Assembly: GCA_041490825.1 (NCBI GenBank)
Contig: JBGPTW010000007.1
Coordinates: 561-64,560, forward strand
Reading direction: 5' to 3'
Length of the DNA stretch: 64,000 bases
DNA from: Candidatus Methylomirabilia bacterium
GTDB lineage: Bacteria > Methylomirabilota > Methylomirabilia > Rokubacteriales > CSP1-6
Part shown: positions 26,070 to 36,465 of the stretch, piece by piece
Layout: the number at the start of each line of letters is the position of its first letter
How positions within the stretch are numbered: the first letter of the stretch is position 1
The notes under the pieces: model-generated
Told to the model about the DNA's origin: nothing
The model's database searches: none
Seen by the model: only the letters and a program-made list of their open reading frames with translations
Made by a program: the position numbers and the translations under genes

Positions 26070-27320
26070 ATGTCCGGCCACGGTCCGGCGTCGCCGCACC
26101 GTGGCCGCTTGATGGCGACGCTGTTCGCGGCGCAGGTGTGTGGCAGCACCGGTCACTCGATCGGGATGGCGGTCGGCGGGATCATGGCTGCGGCGATCAC
26201 GGGGACGAACACGTGGTCGGGCCTCCCCGTCGCGATCGGAGCGCTCGGCACGGCACTGGCCAGCTGGCCGCTGGCTCGTGTGATGGCGCGACGTGGGCGC
26301 CGGCCGGGCCTGGTGCTGGGCTACGTCCTCGCCGTCGCCGGCGCGGCGCTCGGCATGGTCGGCGTGCTCATCCGGAGCTTCCCCGTGCTGCTCGCGGGGA
26401 TGGCACTCTTCGGGATCGCGAACACGTCGAACCTGCTCGCGCGTTACGCGGCGGCCGACGTCAGCCCTGGAGCGCAGCGCGGGCGCGCGATGGGATTGAT
26501 CGTCTGGGGCTCGACGGTCGGCTCGATCGTCGGACCGAACCTCATGGGCTTCGTCGTGCACGTCGGCAGCCTCATCGGGCTGCCTCCCGTGGGAAGCGCG
26601 TTCCTCATCAGTCTCGCCGGTTACAGCGTCGCCGCGATCCTGGTCGAGATTCTCCTGCGGCCGGATCCGCTGGCGATCGCTCGAGAGATGGACGATCACG
26701 CGGCGTTGACGCAGCCGCGCGAGCGGGCCCGGGCGCTGCGCGACACGTTGCGCGATCCGAGAGTGCAGCTGGCGCTCGGGACGCTGATGACGAGCCAGTT
26801 CGTGATGATCGGCACGACGTCGACGTCACCCGTCTACTTGCACGACCAGGGGCATTCGGTGGCGACGATCGGGCTCGCGGTCGCGTTTCACCTCGGCGGG
26901 ATGTACGTGGCCTCGCCACTGTCGGGCTGGCTGTCGGATCGGTTCGGGCGATTGCCCACCATCGCGACCGGCGGCCTCGTCCTGCTCGGCGCGCTCGCGC
27001 TGGCGGGCCTCGCGCCGGGCGCGGACAGCGGGCTGGTGATGCTCGGACTGTGCCTGAACGGTGTCGGATGGAACCTGGCGTTCGTCGCCGGGAGCGCGTT
27101 GCTGACCGATGCGCTGTCACCGGCGGAGCGCGCGTCGATGCAAGGTCTCGCCGATCTCGCCATGGGCCTGATGGGCGCGCTCGCCAGCGCCGTGGGCGGA
27201 ATGATTCTCGGCGTGTGGGGGTTCGGTGTCCTCAACGCGCTCGGCGCCGCGCTCGTCCTCGCGCCGCTCGCCGCGGCGTGGCGGCGCCGGCCAGCGCTCG
27301 CGTCGGTGTGGACGGAGTAG
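26070..27320 (+). CDS. MFS transporter
   Basis: 416 aa with 12 predicted TM-like hydrophobic segments. Confidence 0.8.
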   Translation: MSGHGPASPHRGRLMATLFAAQVCGSTGHSIGMAVGGIMAAAITGTNTWSGLPVAIGALGTALASWPLARVMARRGRRPGLVLGYVLAVAGAALGMVGVLIRSFPVLLAGMALFGIANTSNLLARYAAADVSPGAQRGRAMGLIVWGSTVGSIVGPNLMGFVVHVGSLIGLPPVGSAFLISLAGYSVAAILVEILLRPDPLAIAREMDDHAALTQPRERARALRDTLRDPRVQLALGTLMTSQFVMIGTTSTSPVYLHDQGHSVATIGLAVAFHLGGMYVASPLSGWLSDRFGRLPTIATGGLVLLGALALAGLAPGADSGLVMLGLCLNGVGWNLAFVAGSALLTDALSPAERASMQGLADLAMGLMGALASAVGGMILGVWGFGVLNALGAALVLAPLAAAWRRRPALASVWTE

Positions 27321-27328
27321 CCGCCTCG

Positions 27329-28441
27329 CTACGTCTCGTCCTCCGGGGTGATCGGCAAGCGCACGGGCTGCCGGCGGCGCGCCGACAGATCGAGCGCCTT
27401 CGTCAGCATCAGGCGATCGTGCGCTTCGGCCGCCGTGGCGTGCGGCGTTCGATGGCCCATCGCCACGCGCCCGAGCCAGGAGTTCGTCTCCTCGCGCATC
27501 GGTCCCCACAATTCACCGAACGCCACGTCGCCCGGCGGATAGCTCCCCATGAAATCCACGTGGCGCGTCGTCTCGGGAGTGTAGCCCGCGGGCTGCGGCG
27601 CCGTCGTCGCCAGCACGACGTCGCGATGCGTGTCGTCGATGGTCAAGACGCCCTCGGTGCCGACGATGCCGATCTCGAGGCTGTAGACCGACCCCGGCCA
27701 GACGACGGGAAGGGACCAGGAGATGCTGAGGTGATAGAGCGTGCCGTCGTTCATGGTGATCAGGCCCGCCGTGAGGTCGATGCCGTTCCACGTCGGGCCG
27801 AGCACCTTGTCCACCGATCGTGCGTAGAGCTCGACCGGCGTCTTGCCCTCGAGCATCCACATGACGACGTCGAGCGCGTGGGTGCCGGAGATGACCATCG
27901 GCGAGATCGTCTCGGGCTTGTCGGTGCGCTTGTAGTTGTCGATGGCCACCAGACGGTTCATGAAGGCGCGCGAGGTGACGAGCGTCACGTCCCCGAGCGC
28001 GCCATGGCGGAGCTTTTCCTTGGCGGCCAGGAAGCGACGGCGGAAGCGCTGCGTGTAGCCGACGACCGCATCGACGCCCGAAGCTTGAATCGCCTTCAGC
28101 ACGCGCGCCGATTCCTTCAGCTCCGTGGCGAGCGGCTTCTCGATCATCATCGGAACTCTGCGGTCGAGCGCGGCCAGGATGGGATCGACGTGAAGATGCT
28201 CATCGGTCGCGATGACGACCGCCGTGACCTCCGGCCGGGCGAGGAGCTCGCGAAAATCGCCGGTCACGAAGTCCGCGCCGATGCGCTTCGCCGCGTCCTT
28301 GCCGCGCTCCGCCTTCGTCTCCGCGATGCCGATCCACCCGACGCTCGGATGGCGCGCGGCGATCTCGCCGCGAATCAGCCCGATGCGCCCGGCGCCGACG
28401 ATGGCGAGACCGATCGACCTCGATGCCCGTTGTGGCGTCAT
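27329..28441 (-). CDS. Gfo/Idh/MocA family oxidoreductase
   Basis: N-terminal IGLAIVGAGRIG Rossmann motif, 370 aa. Confidence 0.8.
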   Translation of the reverse strand: MTPQRASRSIGLAIVGAGRIGLIRGEIAARHPSVGWIGIAETKAERGKDAAKRIGADFVTGDFRELLARPEVTAVVIATDEHLHVDPILAALDRRVPMMIEKPLATELKESARVLKAIQASGVDAVVGYTQRFRRRFLAAKEKLRHGALGDVTLVTSRAFMNRLVAIDNYKRTDKPETISPMVISGTHALDVVMWMLEGKTPVELYARSVDKVLGPTWNGIDLTAGLITMNDGTLYHLSISWSLPVVWPGSVYSLEIGIVGTEGVLTIDDTHRDVVLATTAPQPAGYTPETTRHVDFMGSYPPGDVAFGELWGPMREETNSWLGRVAMGHRTPHATAAEAHDRLMLTKALDLSARRRQPVRLPITPEDET

Positions 28442-28605
28442 GGGAGGTCTCCTGATGGCTTGCTCGTGAGCAGCCGCGGCAACACGGAGCCGTCCTCGAG
28501 GCTATCGAGACCGAGCACGGCGTCCCGCACCCGAAGCTCCGAGACGAACGCGGCGATCCCGCGCGTGTAGCGTGCCTCGCGAGCATCCAGGTGAGTGGTT
28601 CCCGC

Positions 28606-29397
28606 TCACACCGGATACCACCGCGCGGCACGCTTTTCGGCGAACGAGGCGAGCCCCTCGACGGCCTCGGGCGATCGACGCTTGGCCGCGTGCTGCGTGA
28701 TCAACCGATCGAATGCCGCTGACGCGACCGCGGTCCAGGCGCTCTCGAGCGTCACGGCCTTGGTCTGCGCGGTCGCCTCGGGCGCGTTCTGGAGAAGCTG
28801 ATCGACGAGACGCTCTCCGCGAGAGTCGAGCTCGGCCGCCGGCACGACCTCGTGGACGAGCCCGATGCGGCGTGCCTCGTACGCGTCGAAGCGCTCGCCG
28901 GTGAGCGCGTAGCGCCGCACCTGCCGGATGCCCATCGCGTCGTTGAGCTGCGGGATGATGATGCCCGCCATCAGGCCCCAGCGCGTCTCGGAGATCGAGA
29001 AGATCGCATTGTCAGCCGCGATGACCACGTCGCAGACCGCCGCGAACCCGGTGCCGCCGCCGAAGCATCCGCCCTGGACCAGCGCCACCGTCGGCACGGG
29101 TAGCGTGTTGAGCCGGTGAGTCGCCTCGGCAGTGGCACGAGAGACGCGCACGTTTTCCGCTTCCGACTCGCCGCCTATCTGCCTGAGCCATTTCAGATCG
29201 GCGCCGGCCTGGAAGTGCTGGCCGTTGCCTTTCAGCACGACGACGCGCAGCTCACGGCGTTTGCCAAGATCGTCCATGGCCGCGTGCAACCCCTGGATCA
29301 GCTCGCCATTGTAGGCATTGTTCACGTCGGGCCGGTTCAGCGCCACCGTCGCGACGCCTCGACGGTCGACGTCCCAGAGCACGGTCGTGTTGGCCAT
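28606..29397 (-). CDS. Enoyl-CoA hydratase/isomerase (crotonase) family protein
   Basis: Internal ATG at 29397 gives MANTTVLWDVDRRGVATVALNRPDVNNAYN. Confidence 0.8.
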   Translation of the reverse strand: MANTTVLWDVDRRGVATVALNRPDVNNAYNGELIQGLHAAMDDLGKRRELRVVVLKGNGQHFQAGADLKWLRQIGGESEAENVRVSRATAEATHRLNTLPVPTVALVQGGCFGGGTGFAAVCDVVIAADNAIFSISETRWGLMAGIIIPQLNDAMGIRQVRRYALTGERFDAYEARRIGLVHEVVPAAELDSRGERLVDQLLQNAPEATAQTKAVTLESAWTAVASAAFDRLITQHAAKRRSPEAVEGLASFAEKRAARWYPV

Positions 29398-29550
29398 GAC
29401 GCTCGCTCCTCCTCGGGTCTCCGAACCCGGCACAAAGTGGCACAAACGTCGTCAACCCGGCGAATGAGGTTCGGCTACTATTGGGGCCGCTCCTGAGAAT
29501 ACAGGCTTTCGCGGTTGGCGAACGGCTTGCACGATGATCGGGAGTAGCCC

Positions 29551-29805
29551 ATGTCCGCACTGCCGACAGGAGAGACGATGCCGAGCGTGACGCAGTACCA
29601 GCTCTGGCAGCACACATCGAACCGGGAGCTGTGGGTCATTCGCGTGGAGCAGCAGACGCTCACCGGTCTCCACGGCCCGGTCACCTCGACCATCCCCGAT
29701 ACCCACCTGGCCGACCTGCTTTACGAAGACCATCCGGACGATCTGGAGTGGATCATTCGAGCCAGCGAAGACTTCAACGTCGTGAAGATCGTCGAAGTCG
29801 GTTGA
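29551..29805 (+). CDS. Small hypothetical protein (84 aa)
   Basis: ATG after GGGAGTAG. No recognisable domain. Confidence 0.4.
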   Translation: MSALPTGETMPSVTQYQLWQHTSNRELWVIRVEQQTLTGLHGPVTSTIPDTHLADLLYEDHPDDLEWIIRASEDFNVVKIVEVG

Positions 29806-29923
29806 CGACCCGTCACTCCGCCAGCAGTCGATAACGCGCAGTTGCTCGCAACCGGGTGATGGGCATCGACCGATAGGCGACGCGACGCTTCTCTGTTCGG
29901 TTCCCGATTGTCGTCGGGCGCTC

Positions 29924-30724
29924 GTGCGCGACCGGCACCGGATGGTCTGTCGAGGCGGGCATGCGTTCGACATCGCGCACAGCGGCTACGTCAATCTTCT
30001 GCAGCCACGCGACCGGCGATCGCGGCGGCCGGGCGACTCCGTGGAGGCCGTCGGCGCCCGACGACGGGTTGTCGAACGCGGACTGGCGGCGCCTCTCGTC
30101 GCGGCGATCGTCGATGAGGGCGTGATCACGCGGGATGACGCCGTCCTCGACGCCGGCTGTGGTGCGGGACATCACCTGGCGGTGATCGCGGAGCGGATCG
30201 GATGCGAGGCCCACGGCGTCGATATCTCCGTCGCGGCGATCGACGCTGCGGCGAAACGCTACCCGCGGCTCCAGTGGGTCGTGGCGAACGTCGACCGCTT
30301 CGTTCCGTACGCCGACGCGTCGTTCCGTGCTGTCCTCTCCATCACGGCACGAATGAACGCGATCGAGTTCCGGCGCGTCCTGCGCGCCGATGGCGTCCTG
30401 GTCGTCGCCGTGCCCGGCCCCGAGGACCTCATCGAGCTTCGGGCGGCAATCCTGGGCGCCGGGGTCCTGCGCGATCGCGTGGAGCGAACCGTCGCCACCT
30501 TCGCGCCGCTGTTCACGCTCGAGCGCCAGCGGCGCCTCCGCCACGTCGCCCGTCTCGATCCGGCCGCCGCCCGGGACGTCATGACCAGCTCGTATCGCGC
30601 CCTCCGCGCCAAGGAGCGCGCGCGCCTCGACGCGATCGGCGCCACCGACGTCACGCTCAGCCTCGACCTGCTCTTCTTTCGGCCGGTGCCACGGAAGGTG
30701 ACCGCGCGCCGCCGCCGTCGCTGA
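29924..30724 (+). CDS. RlmA/RrmA-like class I SAM-dependent rRNA methyltransferase. N-terminus probably extends upstream
   Basis: The HAFDIAHSGYVNLLQP zinc-ribbon junction and VLDAGCGAG SAM motif. The ORF track starts at GTG 29924. Confidence 0.6.
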   Translation: MRDRHRMVCRGGHAFDIAHSGYVNLLQPRDRRSRRPGDSVEAVGARRRVVERGLAAPLVAAIVDEGVITRDDAVLDAGCGAGHHLAVIAERIGCEAHGVDISVAAIDAAAKRYPRLQWVVANVDRFVPYADASFRAVLSITARMNAIEFRRVLRADGVLVVAVPGPEDLIELRAAILGAGVLRDRVERTVATFAPLFTLERQRRLRHVARLDPAAARDVMTSSYRALRAKERARLDAIGATDVTLSLDLLFFRPVPRKVTARRRRR

Positions 30725-30788
30725 CCGGTCTCGTCCGCGAACCGAGGCCGATGAGGCGCCGCTGGCTGGGCACGCTCCTCGAACCTCG

Positions 30789-31481
30789 TCACTCCGTCAG
30801 CAGCCGATACCCCACGCCGGGCTCCGTGACGAGGTGGCGCGGGCGCGCCGAGTCCTTCTCGAGCTTGCGGCGGAGATGTGCCATGTAGACACGCAGATAG
30901 TGCGACTGGTCTCCGGCGTTCGGGCCCCAGACCTCGTGCAGGAGTCGCCGGTGAGTGATGACCTTGCCGGCATGGCGCACCAGGGTCGCGAGCAGGCGGT
31001 ACTCGATCGGCGTGAGGTGCACCTCGGCGCCCTGGATCAGCACGCGCCGGCGCCCGAGGTCGATGTGCAGATCGCCGACCGTCAACGTCGACTCGGCCGA
31101 ATCGCGGTCGACGTGCGCGCGGTGCCGTAGCGCCACGCGCATGCGCGCCAGCAGCTCACCGATGCCGAACGGCTTGCTCAGATAGTCGTCGGCCCCGGCG
31201 TCGAGCGCTTTGATCTTGTCCTGTTCCTGACCACGCGCCGACAGCACGATGATCGGCACGGTGCTCCATTCCCGTAGCCGGGCGATGACCTCGAGCCCAT
31301 CGATGTCCGGAAGACCAAGATCGACGATGACGACGTCCGGCTGACGGCTCGCCACCTCGACGAGCCCGTCCTCGCCCGTCCCCGTCTCGAACAGGCGGTA
31401 GCCCTGGCCCGTGAGCGCCGCCCGGAGAAACAGGCGGATCTGCGGCTCGTCCTCGATGACGACGACGCAGGGCTCAGGCAT
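30789..31481 (-). CDS. kdpE: Response regulator KdpE (OmpR family)
   Basis: Receiver (VVIVDLGLPDIDG) plus winged-helix domains. Overlaps the kdpD stop. Confidence 0.85.
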   Translation of the reverse strand: MPEPCVVVIEDEPQIRLFLRAALTGQGYRLFETGTGEDGLVEVASRQPDVVIVDLGLPDIDGLEVIARLREWSTVPIIVLSARGQEQDKIKALDAGADDYLSKPFGIGELLARMRVALRHRAHVDRDSAESTLTVGDLHIDLGRRRVLIQGAEVHLTPIEYRLLATLVRHAGKVITHRRLLHEVWGPNAGDQSHYLRVYMAHLRRKLEKDSARPRHLVTEPGVGYRLLTE

Positions 31482-34164
31482 CGGAAGGGACGGCGGCGGG
31501 CGGCGCGTCCCCCACCGGAAGCGTGAAGAGGAACGCGACGCCGCCCTCGGGAAGGTTCTGCGCCCAGATCCGGCCGCCGTGCGCGCGCACGATGCCCTGA
31601 CAGATCGCGAGGCCGAGACCCGCTCCGCGCTCGCCGGCCGGCCCCGCTCGATAGAACTTCTCGAAGACCTTGTCTTCCTCGCCCGGCGGTAATCCCGGAC
31701 CGCGATCGGCGACCTCGACCGTGACGGTCCCGTCCATCGCGGTCGCCACGATGTCGATCGGGCTCGTCGTCGGCGTGTACTTGAGCGCGTTGTCGAGCAG
31801 ATTGATGAGAACCTGCTCGATCAGCACGTCGTCGATGGCGACGAGCGGCAGATCCTCCGGCACGCGCGTCCGCACGCGCCGGCCCGCGAGCCGCTGTCCG
31901 AGACGACTCAGTGCGGCGCCGATGACTTCCTCGAGCGGGTGCCATTCCTTGCGAAGCTTCAGCGCGCCGGACTCGAGTCGCGTCATCTCGAGGAGGTTTT
32001 GCACGAGCCGGTTCAATCGCTCGGCCTCGTCGCGCACGGATTCCAGAAGTTCCTGGCGGGTCTGCGCGTCGAGGCGCCCGCCGTCCTCGAGAATGGTGCT
32101 GACGGCGCCGGTGATCGTGGCGAGCGGCGTCTTCAGATCGTGCGACACCGAGCTGAGCAAGGAGTTGCGTAGACGTTCCGTCTCGATCCGGACTTCCGCG
32201 TCTTGCGTCTCCTCGGCAAGGAGCGCGCGCTCGATGGCCAGGGCCGTCTGGTTCGCAAACGTTTCGAGCTGGTGAAGCTGGTCCGGAGCGTCAAAGGCGT
32301 GGCGATCGGGAGGACGTACGCCGAGGACGCCGACAGGCCCGCGCGACGCCGCCAGCGGGAGGTACAGCGCCGAGGCGCCGGGAAGGGTGGCCGTGCCGAG
32401 CCCCGCGGATTGGCGGTGCTCGTAGACCCAGCGCGCGACGGCCAGCTCGCGCTCGTCGATCTGAAAGCCAGCGGCGCCGCCGCTCCGAACGGCGAGCCGC
32501 CCCGAGGGGTCCGGGCGGAGGACGGCGACCTCACACCGGAACACCTCCGCGATGTGTCGCACCGCAATGGCCAGCAGCGAGTCCACCCCGCGCGTGCTGG
32601 CCAGATCCCGGCTCATCGCATAGAGCGCTGCCGTCCGCTGCTCGCGCTCTCGGGCCGCCAGCGCCTGGGCGCGGATGCGCACCGTCAGGCCGCTGATCAC
32701 GAAGCCGACGATCAGCATGACGGCGAACGTGAAGAGGTATCGGACATCGGAGACCGCGAACGTGAAGTACGGCGGCACGAAGAAGAAATCGAGAGCCGCC
32801 ACGCTGAGGACGGACGCCAGCAGCGACGGGCCGCGCCCGTGCTGCATCGCGACCACCACGATCCCGAGCAGGTACACCATGATGAGGTTGGCCAGCTCCA
32901 GGAACGGGAACATGAGCCACGCGCCGCCGGTCGTTGCCGCGACGATCGCCGCGGCCCGGAGGTAGGGCGGCCAGTCGGTCGGGATCGCGCGTCGCCCGAC
33001 GGGCGCAACGGGCCGGACGTTCTCACGGTCGCCGCTGATGACGTAGATATCGATTTCGCCGCTGCCTTGCACCAGCGCGTCCACGATCGAGCCGATGAGG
33101 ACGCGCTTCCACAGCGACCGCGTCGGCTTGCCCACGATGATGCCGGTGACGTTGCGGTCCCGCGCGAACGCCAGGATGGCCTCGCTCATCCGTTGCCCGC
33201 TCAGCGTGGCGGTCGTCGCCCCGAGCTGCTCGGCGAGCCGTAGCGTCTGGATCACGCGGTCCTTGGCGTCCTGAGGCAGCCGGAGCTGGGCCGGAGTCTC
33301 GACGTACGCGACGATCCACTCGGCGCCGAGCCGCTCCGCCATCCGCTTTCCAGCGCGGACGAGTCGCGCGGAGTACGGGCTGGGGCCGATCGTGACGAGC
33401 AGCCGCTCCGCCGTCGGCCACACCTTGCCAATCGCGTGATCTCGCATGTACACGCGCATCTGGGCATCCACGCGCTCGGCGGTGGAGCGCAGCGCGAGCT
33501 CGCGGAGCGCGATCAGATTGCCCTTGCGGAAGAAGTTGTGGATGGCCTCCTCGGCCTGTCCGGGCATGTACACCTTGCCCTCGCGGAAGCGTTGCAACAG
33601 GTCATCCGGCGGCAGGTCGATCAACTCCACCTCGTCGGCTTGCTCCAGCACGGAATCCGGCACGGTCTCGCGCACGACGACGCCGGTGATCTTGGCCACG
33701 ACGTCGTTCAGGCTCTCGACGTGCTGGACGTTCACAGTGGTGTAGACGTCGATGCCGGCATCGAGCAGCTCGAGCACGTCCTGCCAGCGCTTGGCGTGGC
33801 GTGAGCCCGGCGCGTTGGTGTGCGCGAGCTCGTCGACGACGATGAGGCTCGGACGGCGGGCCAGCGCGGCGTCGAGGTGGAGCTCGCGGAGCGTCGCGCC
33901 GCGATAGTCGACGGGCCGGGGTGGGAGGACCTCGAGGCCCTCCAGCAGCGCGTCGGTCTCGGCGCGGCCATGGGTCTCGGTGTAGCCGATCACCACGTCG
34001 ATGCCGTCGGCACGCTGCTCGCGCGCCGCCTCGAGCATGGCGTACGTCTTGCCGACGCCGGCGGCGGCCCCGAAGAACACCTTCAGCTTGCCGCGCCGCT
34101 GCCGCGCCTCCTCTTCCTGGACGCGGACCAGCAGCGCATCGGGATCGGGCCGCGCGGTACTCAC
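31474..34164 (-). CDS. kdpD: Sensor histidine kinase KdpD (KdpD N-terminal, Usp, TM, GAF, HisKA and HATPase domains)
   Basis: GTG at 34164 gives MSTARPDPDALLVRVQEE..GKLKVFFGAAAGVGKT, matching the canonical KdpD N-terminus. The ORF track offers GTG 34284, which directly abuts an AAGGAGG. Confidence 0.85.
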   Translation of the reverse strand: MSTARPDPDALLVRVQEEEARQRRGKLKVFFGAAAGVGKTYAMLEAAREQRADGIDVVIGYTETHGRAETDALLEGLEVLPPRPVDYRGATLRELHLDAALARRPSLIVVDELAHTNAPGSRHAKRWQDVLELLDAGIDVYTTVNVQHVESLNDVVAKITGVVVRETVPDSVLEQADEVELIDLPPDDLLQRFREGKVYMPGQAEEAIHNFFRKGNLIALRELALRSTAERVDAQMRVYMRDHAIGKVWPTAERLLVTIGPSPYSARLVRAGKRMAERLGAEWIVAYVETPAQLRLPQDAKDRVIQTLRLAEQLGATTATLSGQRMSEAILAFARDRNVTGIIVGKPTRSLWKRVLIGSIVDALVQGSGEIDIYVISGDRENVRPVAPVGRRAIPTDWPPYLRAAAIVAATTGGAWLMFPFLELANLIMVYLLGIVVVAMQHGRGPSLLASVLSVAALDFFFVPPYFTFAVSDVRYLFTFAVMLIVGFVISGLTVRIRAQALAAREREQRTAALYAMSRDLASTRGVDSLLAIAVRHIAEVFRCEVAVLRPDPSGRLAVRSGGAAGFQIDERELAVARWVYEHRQSAGLGTATLPGASALYLPLAASRGPVGVLGVRPPDRHAFDAPDQLHQLETFANQTALAIERALLAEETQDAEVRIETERLRNSLLSSVSHDLKTPLATITGAVSTILEDGGRLDAQTRQELLESVRDEAERLNRLVQNLLEMTRLESGALKLRKEWHPLEEVIGAALSRLGQRLAGRRVRTRVPEDLPLVAIDDVLIEQVLINLLDNALKYTPTTSPIDIVATAMDGTVTVEVADRGPGLPPGEEDKVFEKFYRAGPAGERGAGLGLAICQGIVRAHGGRIWAQNLPEGGVAFLFTLPVGDAPPAAVPSDA

Positions 34165-34377
34165 GGGCGTTAGTGTAGCGCGGCGGGGCGCGCACCACGG
34201 ATCATGCGAGGCGGAGGCGCGTCCCGGCGACCTCCCAGCCGTCGACGCCCAAGCGTGCCCTTCCCGACTCCCCGTTTTTGACACCTCCTTAACGCGGACG
34301 GACTCGATCTTGACCGTTTCTTGACATGAGGCTGACTACGCTCGATGCGTGACCAGCTGAGTCAGGAGGCGACCGCG

Positions 34378-34458
34378 ATGGATCTTCTGTACGTCGGACT
34401 GGGTGTGCTGTTCTTCGGCCTGACCTGGGCGCTCGTCAGATTGTGTGAGCGCCTGTAG
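34378..34458 (+). CDS. Small hydrophobic KdpF-like peptide (26 aa) immediately upstream of kdpF
   Basis: ATG 8 nt after [32 protein letters not shown]. Confidence 0.35.
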   Translation: MDLLYVGLGVLFFGLTWALVRLCERL

Positions 34459-34467
34459 GAGAAGACG

Positions 34468-34560
34468 ATGCCACTCCTTTACCTCGTTGGCGGTGTCGTG
34501 TCACTGGGGCTCCTCGTGTACCTGGTGATCGCGCTCCTGAAGCCGGAGCTCTTCTCATGA
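34468..34560 (+). CDS. kdpF: KdpF
   Basis: [41 protein letters not shown]. Its stop overlaps the kdpA ATG (ATGA). Confidence 0.6.
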   Translation: MPLLYLVGGVVSLGLLVYLVIALLKPELFS

Positions 34561-36362
34561 CGGCGAACGGCGCGCTCCAGCTGATCCTGTACGTCGGCGT
34601 TCTGCTGGCGCTGGCCAAGCCGCTCGGCGCCTACATGGCGCGCGTGTACGAGGGCCGGCGACTGGCCCTCGATCGCGTCCTCGGCTGGCTCGAACGCCTG
34701 ATCTATCGGTTGTGCGGCGTCCGACCCGACGAAGAGATGGGCTGGCGGACGTATGCGGTGACGATGCTGCTCTTCAACCTCGCCGGCTTCCTCGTGGTCT
34801 ATCTGCTCCAGCGTGTCCAGGGTGGCTTGCCGCTCAACCCCGAGAAGCTCGGCGCCGTGTCGCCCGATTCATCGTTCAACACGGCGGTCAGCTTCGCGAC
34901 GAATACGAACTGGCAGGGCTACGGCGGCGAGACGACGATGAGCTACCTCACGCAGATGCTCGGGCTCACCGTGCAGAACTTCGTGTCGGCCGCCACCGGC
35001 ATGGCCGTGCTCGTCGCGATGATCCGCGGTTTCGCGCGCCGATCGGCGGAGACCATCGGAAACTTCTGGGTCGACCTGACGCGGACGACGCTCTACATCC
35101 TGCTGCCGCTCTCGTTGGTGTTCGCCGTGGTCCTCGTCTCCCAGGGCGTCGTTCAGACGTTCAGCCCCTATGCCAAGGCAGCCGTCGTGCAGGCGACGAG
35201 CTACGACGAGCCGATCGCCGACAAGGACGGGAAGCCTGTCCTGGACGAGAAGGGGCAGCCGAAGACGAAGAGGTCGACGCTCACCGAGCAGACGATCGCC
35301 GTCGGCCCGGCCGCGTCACAGATCGCGATCAAGCAGCTCGGCACGAATGGCGGCGGCTTCTTCAACGTCAACTCGGCGCATCCCTTCGAGAACCCGACAC
35401 CACTCTCGAACTTCCTCGAGCTGCTGGCGATCCTGCTCATCTCCGCTGCGCTCTGCCACACCTTCGGCATCATGGTCGGCGACACGCGCCAGGGCTGGAC
35501 CGTCCTCGCGGCGATGACCGTCATCTTCGTCGGACTGCTCATCGTGTGCGTGGTGGCCGAGCAGAACGGTCACGTGTTCGCGAAGCAGGGCGTGGATCAC
35601 ACCGCCACTGCGTTGCAGGCCGGCGGCAACATGGAAGGCAAGGATGTCCGGTTCGGCATCGCGAATTCGGCGCTGTGGGCGACGGCAACGACCGCCGCCT
35701 CGAACGGATCGGTGAACTCCATGCACGACTCCTTCACCCCGATCGGGGGCCTCGTCCCGATGTGGATGATCCAGCTCGGCGAGGTCGTCTACGGCGGCGT
35801 GGGCTCGGGGCTCTCCGGGATGCTGGTGTTCGCCCTCGTCGCGGTGTTCATCGCCGGGCTGATGGTCGGCCGCACGCCCGAGTACCTCGGCAAGAAGATC
35901 GAGGCATACGAGATGAAGATGTCGTCGCTCGTCATCCTGATTCCGCCGGCGGTGGTGCTGATCGGCACGGCCATCGCCGTCGTGACCACGGGCGGGAAGG
36001 CCGGCCAGGCGAACCCCGGCGCCCACGGGTTCAGCGAGATCCTCTACGCGTTCTCGTCGGCCGGCAACAACAACGGCAGCGCATTCGCCGGCCTCTCCGC
36101 GAACACGCCGTTCTACAACACGGCGCTCGGCATCGCGATGCTCTTCGCGCGGTACTGGCTCGCGATCCCGACGCTGGCGATCGCGGGCTCGCTCGCCCAG
36201 AAGAAGATCGTCCCGGCCGGGGCGGGCACGCTGCCGACGCACACACCGCTCTTCGTCGCGCTGCTGGTCGGCGTCGTCATCCTGGTCGGCGCGCTGACGT
36301 TCGTCCCGGCCCTGGCGCTCGGGCCGATCGTCGAGCATCTGGCGCTGGTCGCCGCCAAGTGA
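34557..36362 (+). CDS. kdpA: Potassium-transporting ATPase subunit A
   Basis: 601 aa, [33 protein letters not shown]. Confidence 0.9.
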   Translation: MTANGALQLILYVGVLLALAKPLGAYMARVYEGRRLALDRVLGWLERLIYRLCGVRPDEEMGWRTYAVTMLLFNLAGFLVVYLLQRVQGGLPLNPEKLGAVSPDSSFNTAVSFATNTNWQGYGGETTMSYLTQMLGLTVQNFVSAATGMAVLVAMIRGFARRSAETIGNFWVDLTRTTLYILLPLSLVFAVVLVSQGVVQTFSPYAKAAVVQATSYDEPIADKDGKPVLDEKGQPKTKRSTLTEQTIAVGPAASQIAIKQLGTNGGGFFNVNSAHPFENPTPLSNFLELLAILLISAALCHTFGIMVGDTRQGWTVLAAMTVIFVGLLIVCVVAEQNGHVFAKQGVDHTATALQAGGNMEGKDVRFGIANSALWATATTAASNGSVNSMHDSFTPIGGLVPMWMIQLGEVVYGGVGSGLSGMLVFALVAVFIAGLMVGRTPEYLGKKIEAYEMKMSSLVILIPPAVVLIGTAIAVVTTGGKAGQANPGAHGFSEILYAFSSAGNNNGSAFAGLSANTPFYNTALGIAMLFARYWLAIPTLAIAGSLAQKKIVPAGAGTLPTHTPLFVALLVGVVILVGALTFVPALALGPIVEHLALVAAK

Positions 36363-36465
36363 ACCCCCAACCCATAAAGAACCGTTCCAGCGGCGAGCGT
36401 TGCGGTGGGGGGTGTCAGAGGAGGAGCGGCGCCGCTCCCCCCTGTCGCAAACAATGAGGAGATCC

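Noticed and set aside
34285-34300. KdpD start at GTG 34284 as in the ORF track
   Set aside because: That GTG abuts the AAGGAGG with zero spacing. It would also add 40 residues before the conserved RPDPDxLL N-terminus. GTG 34164 reproduces the canonical KdpD N-terminus.
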